A DNA stretch of 60,121 nucleotides, filler included. It is 7 parts of 7 records of this genome, joined end to end, with 100 filler letters (N's around TTAATTAATTAA, not from the genome) between each part and the next. Parts side by side here need not be neighbours in the genome. Positions count along the whole stretch, not along the records: positions 13,559 to 19,514 come from SRR31156797_43451; positions 19,615 to 26,912 come from SRR31156797_43458; 5 more parts are not named here. One strand, 5' to 3'. The first letter of the stretch is position 1, and each line of letters starts with the position of its first letter. The position numbers were made by a program, and so were the translations under genes. Below are positions 13,802 through 23,900 of this stretch, piece by piece. The notes under the pieces were generated by a model. The model ran no database searches, had not been told where the DNA came from, and worked only from the letters and a program-made list of their open reading frames with translations.

Positions 13802-15976
13802 TTGAAACTCTTAAGAAGGATCTTGTTGTTACTCGTTGTTTTTTCACTTATTACACTTCAGGCTGCACATATTAGGGGTTATATCCGTGACAAAGAGCAC
13901 GGTGATGCACTTTCCGGTTCAAGTATATATTTCAAATATGATCGATCCGGAACCATAAGTGATATTAATGGTTATTTCAGTTTAGATGTACCGGAAAATA
14001 TCAATGACACATTATTGGTAGATATGATCGGTTATAAAACCTTGAAATACCCTTTAAACAAGTCAAATGATCGAGCACTTGTTCTGTTAATGGAAACGGA
14101 TATTCTTGAATATGACAAAAAAATCATCGTCAGTGCTACACGCAGACCAATATCGATCAATAATACTTCAGTCGCCCTGAATGTAATTGAACATGAGATG
14201 ATTGAGAACTCTAGTGCTCAGAATATTGCAGAGATCCTTGAGCAGACGACTTCATTGTTGGTTCGCGATTACGGTGGTGCGGGGAACATGAAGACCATTT
14301 CATTGAGAGGCACGAATGCAGGTCATGTTTTAGTGATGGTAGATGGTCAAAGGATCAATAATCCACAGAACGGAGAAGTTGACCTTGCTTTGATCCCGCT
14401 GGATCAAGTTGAACGGATCGAAGTGATCAGAGGAGGATCATCTGCTATTTACGGTTCTGATGCAATCGGGGGTGTTATACAGATCATTACTAAAGAAAAC
14501 AGTGCAGAGAATAGTTTTGGTTTAGGATTAAAACAGAATTTTGCTTCATTTGGGACTTATGCTTTAGAGGGCGATGTTTCGGCATCTTATGGCCATTTTG
14601 GATTGATCGCTTCCTATCATTATTTAAGTTCAGAAGGTGATTTTACCTACACAGATTTGATGGACGAGATGCAATTAAGAGTTAATAATGACGTTAAACG
14701 CCATACTGTTTATACTGCTTTGAATTATAGTACATCAGATAAAGTAAATGCACTTAAAGTAAAATTGAATTATAATTACTTGAATAGTGAAAGAGGTGCT
14801 CCGGGTACGATATCATTCCCATACCCTTATGCTAGGATGTTTGATGAGCAACATGATATAAGTTTGGCTCTCAGGAAAAAATCTAAGGATCATTTACATA
14901 GTTTTTCTGCAAGAGCTTATTATTCCAATGATGTCAATCAATATCTAAATCAGCATCCGGAAGTGTTTTTTCCTTCAAATGATAACTACCTAACTCAGGC
15001 TACCGGAAGCGAATTGCAGATGACATCGGCTCTCCATCGACAATTTGTTCTAAACTATGGACTAAGTATCAGGAAAGATGATTTTAATAATATTGGTCTG
15101 GATACAAGTTATAATAGATTAAGTTATGACGCATATTTGATCAGTGAGAATACTTTTTATTTCCCAGCAACAATCATACCAAAAATAAAGATCACGCCCG
15201 CGATCCGATATAACGGGAATAATGAATTTAAAGATATGTGGACACCGAAAATTGGACTGCTTGTTAATATGGGAGCATCAGGTTTATTGGCAATAAAAAG
15301 CAATTATGCGTACAATTATCGTATCCCAACATTCAATGATCTTTACTGGCCGACTGATGCTTACACAAGTGGAAATCCCGACTTGTTGCCGGAATATGGA
15401 AGCGACTGGGATCTGGGTTTGAGATACCATAATGATATATTCGATGCAGAGATAAACTATTTTAATGAAAATTTAAGAAATTTGATCATTTGGCAGGGTG
15501 TTGGTTGGGTTTGGAGTCCGCAAAATGTTGCTGAATCACGGATCAATGGGTTTGAAAACAGTTTAAAAATTGATTTATTCAAAAAATTGATCAATTTGAA
15601 TGCAAATTACACCTACATGAATGCTCTGGATATAACCAACGGACTTGAAAATGCCACTTTATTGCCAAACAGAGCAAAACATCAAGCAAATATTATACTT
15701 TCAGCGGATTATAAAGGGTACGATCTGAGATACGGCATTCAATATATTGGAAAAAGATATACTGACTCAGCCAATACGGAAGATAATGCTTTAGCCTCTT
15801 ATATGCTGAATAATATAGCTCTTGGATATACCATGAAGACCAAGATGTTTAAAATACAGGGTAAATTTGAGATTAGGAATTTATTCAATGTTGATTACAG
15901 CATTTTGAGTGATCTACCCATGCCGGGAAGAGAATTTAGATTTACTTTAAATACGGAAATGAACAAAATGAAATAA
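13802..15976 (+). CDS. TonB-dependent receptor, probable cobalamin importer (BtuB-like)
   Basis: Signal peptide, carboxypeptidase-regulatory-like N domain, plug motif VERIEVIRGGSSAIYGSDAIGGVIQIITK, RIPTFNDLYW...GNPDLLPE, NLFN...MPGR; TTG start with GGAGA RBS; B12 riboswitch upstream. Confidence 0.88.
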   Translation: MKLLRRILLLLVVFSLITLQAAHIRGYIRDKEHGDALSGSSIYFKYDRSGTISDINGYFSLDVPENINDTLLVDMIGYKTLKYPLNKSNDRALVLLMETDILEYDKKIIVSATRRPISINNTSVALNVIEHEMIENSSAQNIAEILEQTTSLLVRDYGGAGNMKTISLRGTNAGHVLVMVDGQRINNPQNGEVDLALIPLDQVERIEVIRGGSSAIYGSDAIGGVIQIITKENSAENSFGLGLKQNFASFGTYALEGDVSASYGHFGLIASYHYLSSEGDFTYTDLMDEMQLRVNNDVKRHTVYTALNYSTSDKVNALKVKLNYNYLNSERGAPGTISFPYPYARMFDEQHDISLALRKKSKDHLHSFSARAYYSNDVNQYLNQHPEVFFPSNDNYLTQATGSELQMTSALHRQFVLNYGLSIRKDDFNNIGLDTSYNRLSYDAYLISENTFYFPATIIPKIKITPAIRYNGNNEFKDMWTPKIGLLVNMGASGLLAIKSNYAYNYRIPTFNDLYWPTDAYTSGNPDLLPEYGSDWDLGLRYHNDIFDAEINYFNENLRNLIIWQGVGWVWSPQNVAESRINGFENSLKIDLFKKLINLNANYTYMNALDITNGLENATLLPNRAKHQANIILSADYKGYDLRYGIQYIGKRYTDSANTEDNALASYMLNNIALGYTMKTKMFKIQGKFEIRNLFNVDYSILSDLPMPGREFRFTLNTEMNKMK

Positions 15977-16004
15977 TTACAAATTTAATATTATTTTTGT
16001 ATGT

Positions 16005-16072
16005 GTAGAGACGCAAAATATTGCGTCTCTTTTTATATGCAATAAAAAAGGGCGTATGTAATACGCCCCTAC
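16005..16072. repeat. Inverted pair of GTAG-type REP-like hairpins, likely doubling as bidirectional terminator
   Basis: + GTAGAGACGCAAAATATTGCGTCTCT (16005-16030) then T-run; - GTAGGGGCGTATTACATACGCCCT (16072-16049) then T-run; between convergent genes. Confidence 0.7.
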
Positions 16073-16094
16073 AATTATAATATGATAAAATATT

Positions 16095-17489
16095 TTAGCA
16101 GACTTTTCCGGGATTAAGGATCAAATTCGGGTCAAAGGTTTTCTTGATACCTTTCAGTAAGTTCATATAAACCTCACCGACCATCTTTTCAAGATAGGGT
16201 TTCTTAGCAAATCCAATACCATGTTCACCGGAAACATGACCACCCAATTCTTCACCTTTAGCATAGAGAAGATCAAAAGCGTCATTTAGCTTTTTAACGA
16301 ACTGTTCATCCGTCATTTCATCTTTCAGAACATAGACATGAAGGTTCCCATCACCGGCATGCCCGAATGAAGCAATCCGTACATCCAGCTCTTTTTCAAC
16401 AAATTTGGTGTAGTTGATAAAGTCAGCTACGAAGTTACGTGGCACAACAACATCACATTCATCCATCTCTGTGGTTGAAGCTTTAATGGCTTCAAGAAAA
16501 GCTCCGCGTGCTGACCAGATCGACTCATTTCTCTCATCCGTATCTGAAATAAAAACATCCAGGGCGCCAGTGTCCAGACATACATGTGCAACCTGTTCAT
16601 ATACCTTTTCTACATCAGCTTTTGAGTTGCCGTCAAATGTCAGTAATAAATAAGCATCTGAAGAATTGTCAGGGAATTTCTTACCTAAATAATTTTCTGC
16701 CGACAGGATAACATTTCGTTCCATATATTCGATGGCTGTCGGGATTGCTTTTGATTTGATGATCGTGGGAACTGCACCGATCGCGGTTTCAATATCAGGG
16801 TAGGGAACAAGAAGAGAAATTGCAACCTTGGGAAGAGGCAGTAGTTTTAGAACAGCTTTGCTAATGACTCCCAATGTGCCTTCCGAGCCAACCATGAGAT
16901 CTTTCAGGCTGTAGCCTGAACTGTCTTTAACTATCTTACCACCGACTGTAATGACTTCACCATTGGCAAGTACTACCTCCAATTCACGGACATAATCTCT
17001 TGTTACACCGTATTTGACTGCTCGCATGCCACCGGCATTGGTAGAAATATTACCCCCGATAGATGCGGATTTTTCACCGGGGTCCGGAGGATAAAAGAAA
17101 TCATTCTCTTCAACGTATTTTGATATTTCCATCAAAAGAACACCGGGTTCAACGGTCAGGGTTAAATTAGCTTCATCCAACTCCAGTATTTTGTTCATGC
17201 GCTCTGTAGAAAGCATAATGCCTTTATGTATGGCAACCGCAGCACCGACAAGACCGGTTCCTTGGCCCCGAGGTGTAACTGCGATCTTTTTATCATTAGC
17301 GTATTTCAGTACGTCAGAAATTTGTTTTGTATTAATTGGAAAGACGACAACATCAGGATATTGGCGAATCCCCGCTAATTCATCGCGACTGTAATCTTCG
17401 TGAATGGCATCGCCGGTAATGATATTTTCATCACCGCAAATTGCGATGAGTTTGTCTATATCTTGTTGAGTTACGGGAGTATAATCCAT
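16095..17489 (-). CDS. FAD-linked dehydrogenase, LctD/GlcD-like
   Basis: [73 protein letters not shown]. Confidence 0.92.
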   Translation of the reverse strand: MDYTPVTQQDIDKLIAICGDENIITGDAIHEDYSRDELAGIRQYPDVVVFPINTKQISDVLKYANDKKIAVTPRGQGTGLVGAAVAIHKGIMLSTERMNKILELDEANLTLTVEPGVLLMEISKYVEENDFFYPPDPGEKSASIGGNISTNAGGMRAVKYGVTRDYVRELEVVLANGEVITVGGKIVKDSSGYSLKDLMVGSEGTLGVISKAVLKLLPLPKVAISLLVPYPDIETAIGAVPTIIKSKAIPTAIEYMERNVILSAENYLGKKFPDNSSDAYLLLTFDGNSKADVEKVYEQVAHVCLDTGALDVFISDTDERNESIWSARGAFLEAIKASTTEMDECDVVVPRNFVADFINYTKFVEKELDVRIASFGHAGDGNLHVYVLKDEMTDEQFVKKLNDAFDLLYAKGEELGGHVSGEHGIGFAKKPYLEKMVGEVYMNLLKGIKKTFDPNLILNPGKVC

Positions 17490-17500
17490 ATCGAACTCCA

Positions 17501-18691
17501 TTATTTTTGTTTCATTTCTTTGATCTGTTCGATCAGTCCGGGAATGATCTCATAAATATCACCTACGATAGCATAATGTGCTACATCGAAGATCTGTGCT
17601 TTGGGATCCTCATTAATGGCGATGATCATATCCGAGTTATTCATGCCCGCTACGAATTGGATAGCTCCGGAAACACCACAGGCAATGATCAGTTTTGGTT
17701 TAACTGTGCGGCCGCTGAGCCCGATCTGTAATCGTGCATCCATCCACCCGGCTTCGATCAAAGGACGAGTTGTTGCGACCATGGCTCCCAATTCGTCTGC
17801 CAGATCATAGATCATTTTTAGATCTTCCTCTTTCTTAAATGCTCGTCCGGCCACTACAATAACATCAGCATCTTCGATGCTTTTGACTTTCTCTTTTTTC
17901 TTAATCTCTATCACATTGATCTTTGAGCTTAATTTATCATCTGATATTTCGCAAAAAGTCAGTTTACCGCTTTTATTTTCCGTCTTTTCAGGAGCGTCGA
18001 ATATTTTATATCTAACTGTTGCAAATTGTGGACGATGCTTGGGCGTATGAATATGCGCCATAATATTGCCACCATAGGCTGGACGTATTTGGTCAAGATC
18101 TGTATTTTCTTGAACATCCAGTATTGTACAATCTGCAGTCAAACCTGTTTTAAAACGAGCGGCAACACGTGGCGCCAACGATCGGCCGACAGTTGTTCCA
18201 CCTACAAGAACAATGGTAGGTTTATGATTATTGATATAATCTTCAAAAACAGCTGTATACGGTTCTATACGAAAATCGCGAAGCTGTGGTTTGTCATAAA
18301 CAAAAACCTCATCCGCACCGTAATGAAGCACTTCTTCAGCAATATCGGATATATTATCACCCATGATCAAACAATGTACCGGATGATTGATCTTATCAGC
18401 CATTTTTCTGGCTTTTCCGATCAATTCAAAACTTACGGGATGGATATCACCCTCAATATGATCTATATAAACCGTAACTCCACGCCATTCGTCTTTATTG
18501 ACACCGGGTTCAACATCTTCTATGTACTCAAAGATCTCGGGGAAACGGCGAACGCAGATCTTACACATTTTGCATGCGGCATTCAGGATCAGCTCCTCAT
18601 TCACCTCAAATTCCAATGCATTAAAGGGGCAGACCTTGATAACTGCTTCACGATCTTCAATTTTATTCTGATGTATTACAATTTTTGCCAT
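17501..18691 (-). CDS. etfA: Electron transfer flavoprotein alpha subunit with N-terminal [4Fe-4S] domain (LctC-like)
   Basis: N-terminal CP...[41 protein letters not shown]. Confidence 0.93.
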   Translation of the reverse strand: MAKIVIHQNKIEDREAVIKVCPFNALEFEVNEELILNAACKMCKICVRRFPEIFEYIEDVEPGVNKDEWRGVTVYIDHIEGDIHPVSFELIGKARKMADKINHPVHCLIMGDNISDIAEEVLHYGADEVFVYDKPQLRDFRIEPYTAVFEDYINNHKPTIVLVGGTTVGRSLAPRVAARFKTGLTADCTILDVQENTDLDQIRPAYGGNIMAHIHTPKHRPQFATVRYKIFDAPEKTENKSGKLTFCEISDDKLSSKINVIEIKKKEKVKSIEDADVIVVAGRAFKKEEDLKMIYDLADELGAMVATTRPLIEAGWMDARLQIGLSGRTVKPKLIIACGVSGAIQFVAGMNNSDMIIAINEDPKAQIFDVAHYAIVGDIYEIIPGLIEQIKEMKQK

Positions 18692-18700
18692 GATCTGATC

Positions 18701-19489
18701 CTATACGTATTTCAATTCGTGTAGTTTATCTGCGAGTTTTTTACTTAATTCATCACCTGAGCCTTCCCACGTTTCATTAGTGGTATTGGCAGGTGGGGGA
18801 AAGATCTTTAAAACCTGAGTAGGGGAGCCGTTCAAGCCATAGTGCATTTCATTCTGATCTTCCAGATCTGTGAACGTAATGCGGGGAATGGGTCGGTCGA
18901 CGGTTTTAAGCTTTAGTTTGAAGGATGGTAGACGTGGTTGATTAATATCTTTTTCGACCGTAATAAGGCAGGGAAGTTGTACTTCCTGGATCTCAACGGA
19001 TTCCGCCATATTCATTTCTACCGTAATTGATGTTTCATCAATTTTATGGATTTTTCTAACATTAGCAACATGAGGTATTTCAAGATATTCTGCAATTTCC
19101 GGACCAACCTGAGCCGTATCGCCGTCAGTGGTCATTTTACCGCAAATGATCAGGTCATATTGACCCATTTGAGTAATTCCCTGAGATAAAGCATAGGCCG
19201 TAGCTAAAACATCAGCACCCGCAAATTTTCTATCCGTTAACAGGCAACCTTTGTCTGCACCCATCATATAGGCTTCTTTTATCACTGCTTCAGCCTGGGG
19301 AGGTCCCATACTGATCACAGATATTTCAGCTTTTTTATCTTCTTTTAAGCGAACAGCTGTTTCAATGGCATATAGGTCGTATGGATTCATTTTTGAATCA
19401 ATACCATCACGTTTTAACACACCTGTTTTTTTGTCGATCTCAACTTCCGCCGTACCCGGAACCTGTTTAATGCAGACCGTAATATTCAT
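18701..19489 (-). CDS. etfB: Electron transfer flavoprotein beta subunit (LctB-like)
   Basis: VCIKQVP, NPYD, SMGPP, FAGADVLAT, DGDTAQVGP, GSPTQV; RBS AAGGAG. Confidence 0.94.
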   Translation of the reverse strand: MNITVCIKQVPGTAEVEIDKKTGVLKRDGIDSKMNPYDLYAIETAVRLKEDKKAEISVISMGPPQAEAVIKEAYMMGADKGCLLTDRKFAGADVLATAYALSQGITQMGQYDLIICGKMTTDGDTAQVGPEIAEYLEIPHVANVRKIHKIDETSITVEMNMAESVEIQEVQLPCLITVEKDINQPRLPSFKLKLKTVDRPIPRITFTDLEDQNEMHYGLNGSPTQVLKIFPPPANTTNETWEGSGDELSKKLADKLHELKYV

Positions 19490-19514
19490 GTCGCTCCTTA
19501 GTTTCATTTTCAGC

Positions 19515-19614
19515 NNNNNNNNNNNNNNNNNNNNNNNNNNNNNNNNNNNNNNNNNNNNTTAATTAATTAANNNNNNNNNNNNNNNNNNNNNNNNNNNNNN
19601 NNNNNNNNNNNNNN
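19515..19614. other. Artificial contig linker
   Basis: N44-TTAATTAATTAA-N44. Confidence 0.99.
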
Positions 19615-20917
19615 TGATCCCGACCGCTTCCAGGGTGGCGAGAAAGGCCTCGACCCCGGTGAAGCGGATGGCCCGGACAGCGGGAATATTCAGGGAATTC
19701 CCAAGGGCCTGGCGCAGGGTCACCTGGCCGTAATATCGCCTGCTGTAGTTGTGGTAGGTGTGAAGCCCCCTTCCCACGGGATTTGTCAACGGGGTATCGG
19801 CGATGAGGGTGGCGGCGGTCCATCCCTTCTCCAGGGCAAGGGCGTACAAAAAGGGCTTCAGGGAGGAACCCGGCTGCCGGGGCACCAGCACGGCGTTGAT
19901 GCGGCTTGTTGAATCGCTGTTGCCGGCGGATACCCAGGCCAGGATCTCTCCGGTGCGGTGGTCCGCCACCAGGCAGGCGCCGTTGGTCACATGCTTGTTC
20001 CGAAGCTCCTGAAGGCTTGCCCCCATGATTTTTTTGGCCAGGTTCTGGAGGGGACCGTCAAGGGTGGTATTGATCTCCTTCAAAGGCCTGGAACCAGCCA
20101 CGGAGGAGAAGACAAACCTGGCAAAATGGCTGGCATTAATGGTCAGGGAGGGATTTTCAAGGGAAAAACCGCCTTCCTTTACCCTTGCCAGCTCGGCGCC
20201 AGTGATCAGCTTCTCCCGGGACAGGGCATCCGCAAACCGGCCAAGGGCCGGCTGGATGGCGCCGGGATGGGTTCGAAGATCGTAATAGGAAGGCGCCCTC
20301 ACCAGCACCACAAGGGCCATCATCTCCTTCAGGTTCAGGGTGGCAAGGGACCGATTGAAATAAAAGGCGGCGGCCTGGGCAATCCCCCGCCGGTTGGCGG
20401 CATAGGGCACCTGGTTGAGGTAGAACTCCAGGATCGCCTGCTTGGTGTCGGTGCGTTCAAGGGCCATGGCCTCAAACCCTTCCACCCACCTGGACCAAAC
20501 CGTCCGTTTCCTGGGATGGATCATGCGCACCACCTGCTCCGTGACGGTGCTTGCCCCCCGGACCGCTCCAAGGGCCCTTATGTTCTGCCAGAGGGCGTGC
20601 AGCCTCGCCATCCAGTCCACCCCATGGTGGTCGAAGAACCGCCTGTCCTCCGAAAAGATAAAGAGCTGCCTGAGCCGCTCCGGCATGTCGTGGAGCCGGA
20701 GGGGAGAGGTGTTCCACGGGTTGGTGTAGGTGACGGTCAGGGCATTGCCGAACCTGTCCACAAGCCGTGGCTTCTTCACTTCCTGTGAAAGCCCGGCAAG
20801 GGAGACCGGCATGGAAATCATGTCATGACGGGTTTTCCAAACCAGGCCTCCGGCACCAAGGATCCCCACCAGCAGAACACACACCAGAAACCTGCGCACC
20901 ATCACCCCCAGCCCCAT
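19615..20917 (-). CDS. pbpC: Penicillin-binding protein 1C, truncated by contig end
   Basis: Transglycosylase EDRRFFDHHGVD, GASTVTEQ; transpeptidase RQPGSSLKPF, SLNIPAV; directly downstream of A2M gene. Confidence 0.9.
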
Positions 20918-20918
20918 C

Positions 20919-23900
20919 CTATTGGCCGTCCGTCACCACAAGGGTGGTCTCGAGGCCCTGGCCGAACACGTCCATGTCATACATCTCCTGGGCCCGTACC
21001 GGCAGCCAGGCAAAGGTGCCTTCACAGATGGCCTGGGCCGTGTAGGAGAGACGGTAGTTGCCCGGCGCCAGCCAGTCCGAATAGAACCTGGCGGCCTCGT
21101 GCTTCAGCTCTTTGTGGTAAAAGCTCCACCTTCCGGCACTGAACTCCTGCCACACCTTTGTGCTGTCGGAAGCGGCGGGCTCTGCCCTGTCCGCATCGGT
21201 GAGGGAGGAAGTCGCAAGCTCCCGGTTCACCGGCTCAAGCCCTCCGGGAACAGGATCTTCCACAACCACGAAGTTCCGCGGGGCGGCCAGGGAGACAAAA
21301 AGATCCACCCGCACAAGGTCCCCCCGCTTGAGGGTCATGGGACCTGTAAGGAGCCGGGATTCCCCGTCTCGCTCAACCCTCACCTCCTTTCGGACGTCAA
21401 TGCCTGCATTGATCCGCCTGTTCGGAGGATTTTCAAGGGCGTAACTCATGGTGGCCTTATAATAGAGCCTGCCTTCACCCTGTTTTTCAACCACCAAAGG
21501 AAAGGTCTGGCCGGGATCTGCCGGCCGGATCTCCCGGGACAGGGTCACGCTCTCCTGTTTCTTGCCCTGGAACCCGGCGGTGCCAAGGGGCTCACCGTCA
21601 ACGGAGGCCGTCACTGTCATGCCTGTCTTCCGGCTTTCGTACACCCCTGCGTACTCCATGAGGGCATTGATGGCAAACACCGTCTCCTGGGTGCTTTCCC
21701 AGTGGTCCCGGCCTTCCCGGGTCTGGGTGATGTAACGCACAAGCCCGGTGGGTATCTCCTGTGACAGGGAGGTGTGGGTCCGGCCGAACCGGGTCAGGGC
21801 GGACAGAATGGCGGCGTTGGACCGCATGGGGGTGGCCGCAAGCCTTGCGTAGCCCGAGTCAAGCTTCTCCGTGAAGCTGATCTTGCCGCCAGTCCGGTTG
21901 GACCGGGCCAGGACCGATGCCGCGACCTCCTTGGCAATGGCGTCCCCTCCCGGGGTTCCCAGGGCCGCCTGGAGGAACATGGCCTTGCCAAAGAGGCTCA
22001 TGGATTCCACATGGGGACGCAGACGCTCGAGATCTCCCTTTTTGACCCGGTTATTGGCGGAAAGCCCGGCAAGGGCCACGGCCCGAACCGTTGAGACCAT
22101 GCCCCTGGAATAGAAGCCCGGCACCAGGTCCTTTTTCAGGAAGCCTTCAAGATAGGCGTAAAGCTTTGCTTCCACGGGCTCAGGCACATCAAACCCCGCC
22201 GCCTTGATCCAATTGAGGCCCAGGGCCGTATAGGCGGAAAGATAGGGGCTGACATAGCGGTCCTCCGCCCGGAAATAGGCCATGCCGCCGTTGGGCGCCT
22301 GGAAATTGACGGCCTGCTCCAGGGTGGTTGTCACCACCTCGTCGCTGTCCTCCCAGGATATCTCCGGGTCCAGATAGGGCCCGAGGGCTGGAAAACCGGC
22401 TGCCACGATGGCCTTGCTGAGTTTCTGCTCCCAGCAGGTGTAGGGGTAATCACGCATGTACAAGACGGCCGGTTCAAGATTGCCCAGGGCGGAGGAGGAA
22501 AGCACCACCCCCAGGGAACCCTTGTCGGTCCGGATCTCCCTGGGGATTTTCATTGTCTGGCTCACACGGCTCTCGACCGTGCTGGAATAGGCGGCCACGG
22601 TCTGGAGATCCTTCCGGGGCTTGACAATGACCCTGTGCACCATGCCGTCACCGTCCATATGATCCCGGGCCGTTGCCTGGAACCGCACCTCCCCCTCTTT
22701 TTTCGTGGTAACGGGCAAAAAGACCGTTTTCCGCTTGAAGGGCGCAAGGGTCAGCTTTTCGGTAATTGTGGAATGTTTCTCATCAAGGCTGCCCTGGGCA
22801 CTCACCTTGACCGTTATGACCCGCTCCGTGTCCGTTCGGTTCATCACGCTGAATCCGGCCCTGAAATCATCCCCTTCCATCACCTGGTTGGGCATCACGG
22901 GCCTTACCTCGGTGGGGCGGTTGACCTTGAAGCCCTGATCCCCCAGTCCCATGCGGTCCGTGGGGGTCACGGCCATGGCAAAAACCCGCCATCCGGTCAG
23001 ATTGTCGGGCACGGTGAACTCGATGGCCGCCCTGCCCTGTTCATCCGTCTGAACCGAGGGATTCCAGTAGCTGACAAACTTGAACAGCGACCGCATGGAG
23101 ATGGCGGCTCCGCCGTCCCCGCCCGGAGACGCCCCCTTCTTGGCAAAGTTCTGGATACCCACAAGCCTTTGCAGGAGGGAGTAGTTGACCAGATCCAGCC
23201 CGTCAACGCTGTAGAAGCCCTTTAAGGGATCAAAATGGTCCCTGCCCTTGCGGATGAGGTCGAACACCGCCTCGTCAAGCACGGCAACGGCAAGTTCCAC
23301 GGGCTCGTTCTCCCGGTCCGTGCCAAGGTCGGCCCTGAGGGCCACCCGTACCTTTTCTCCCGGCTTGTAGGTCGCCTTTTCCGGCGCCACCGCAACCTTG
23401 ATCTCCCGTGCCGGGTCCTTCACCTCCACCCGGTGATACCCCATGCGGCAAAGGGGCTTGCCAAGATCCACACCGCCTTCGCCAAGGGGCTTGGCCACCC
23501 TGGGAGAAAGCAGGCTCACGGAAAAGAAAAATCCGGGGGCAAAGTCGGGCTCAATGGGAAACTCAATCACCGGGGTGCTCCCCTCCAGGGTCTCAACCCA
23601 GTGTTTCAGCACGCCGTAGCGCTCGATGGTGACCAGGGCCTTTGCCCCGGGAAAGGGATTTTTAACCAGATAACGGGCGGTATCCCCCACCTGAAGGCTC
23701 TCTTTTTCAGGGATGAGGGTCAATACATTTGCCTCGGGCTCGTGCCACAGCACCCGTCCCTTTCCCGCCACCCAGAACCAGATGGAGGCGGTGTGGGACC
23801 GCCCCTGGGAATCCTTGATCCGGGCAATCAGGCGATAGGAACCGGGCTCATCCGGCACGAACCCCATGGTTCCGGGTGCATCCCCGGACATGGCGGAAGA

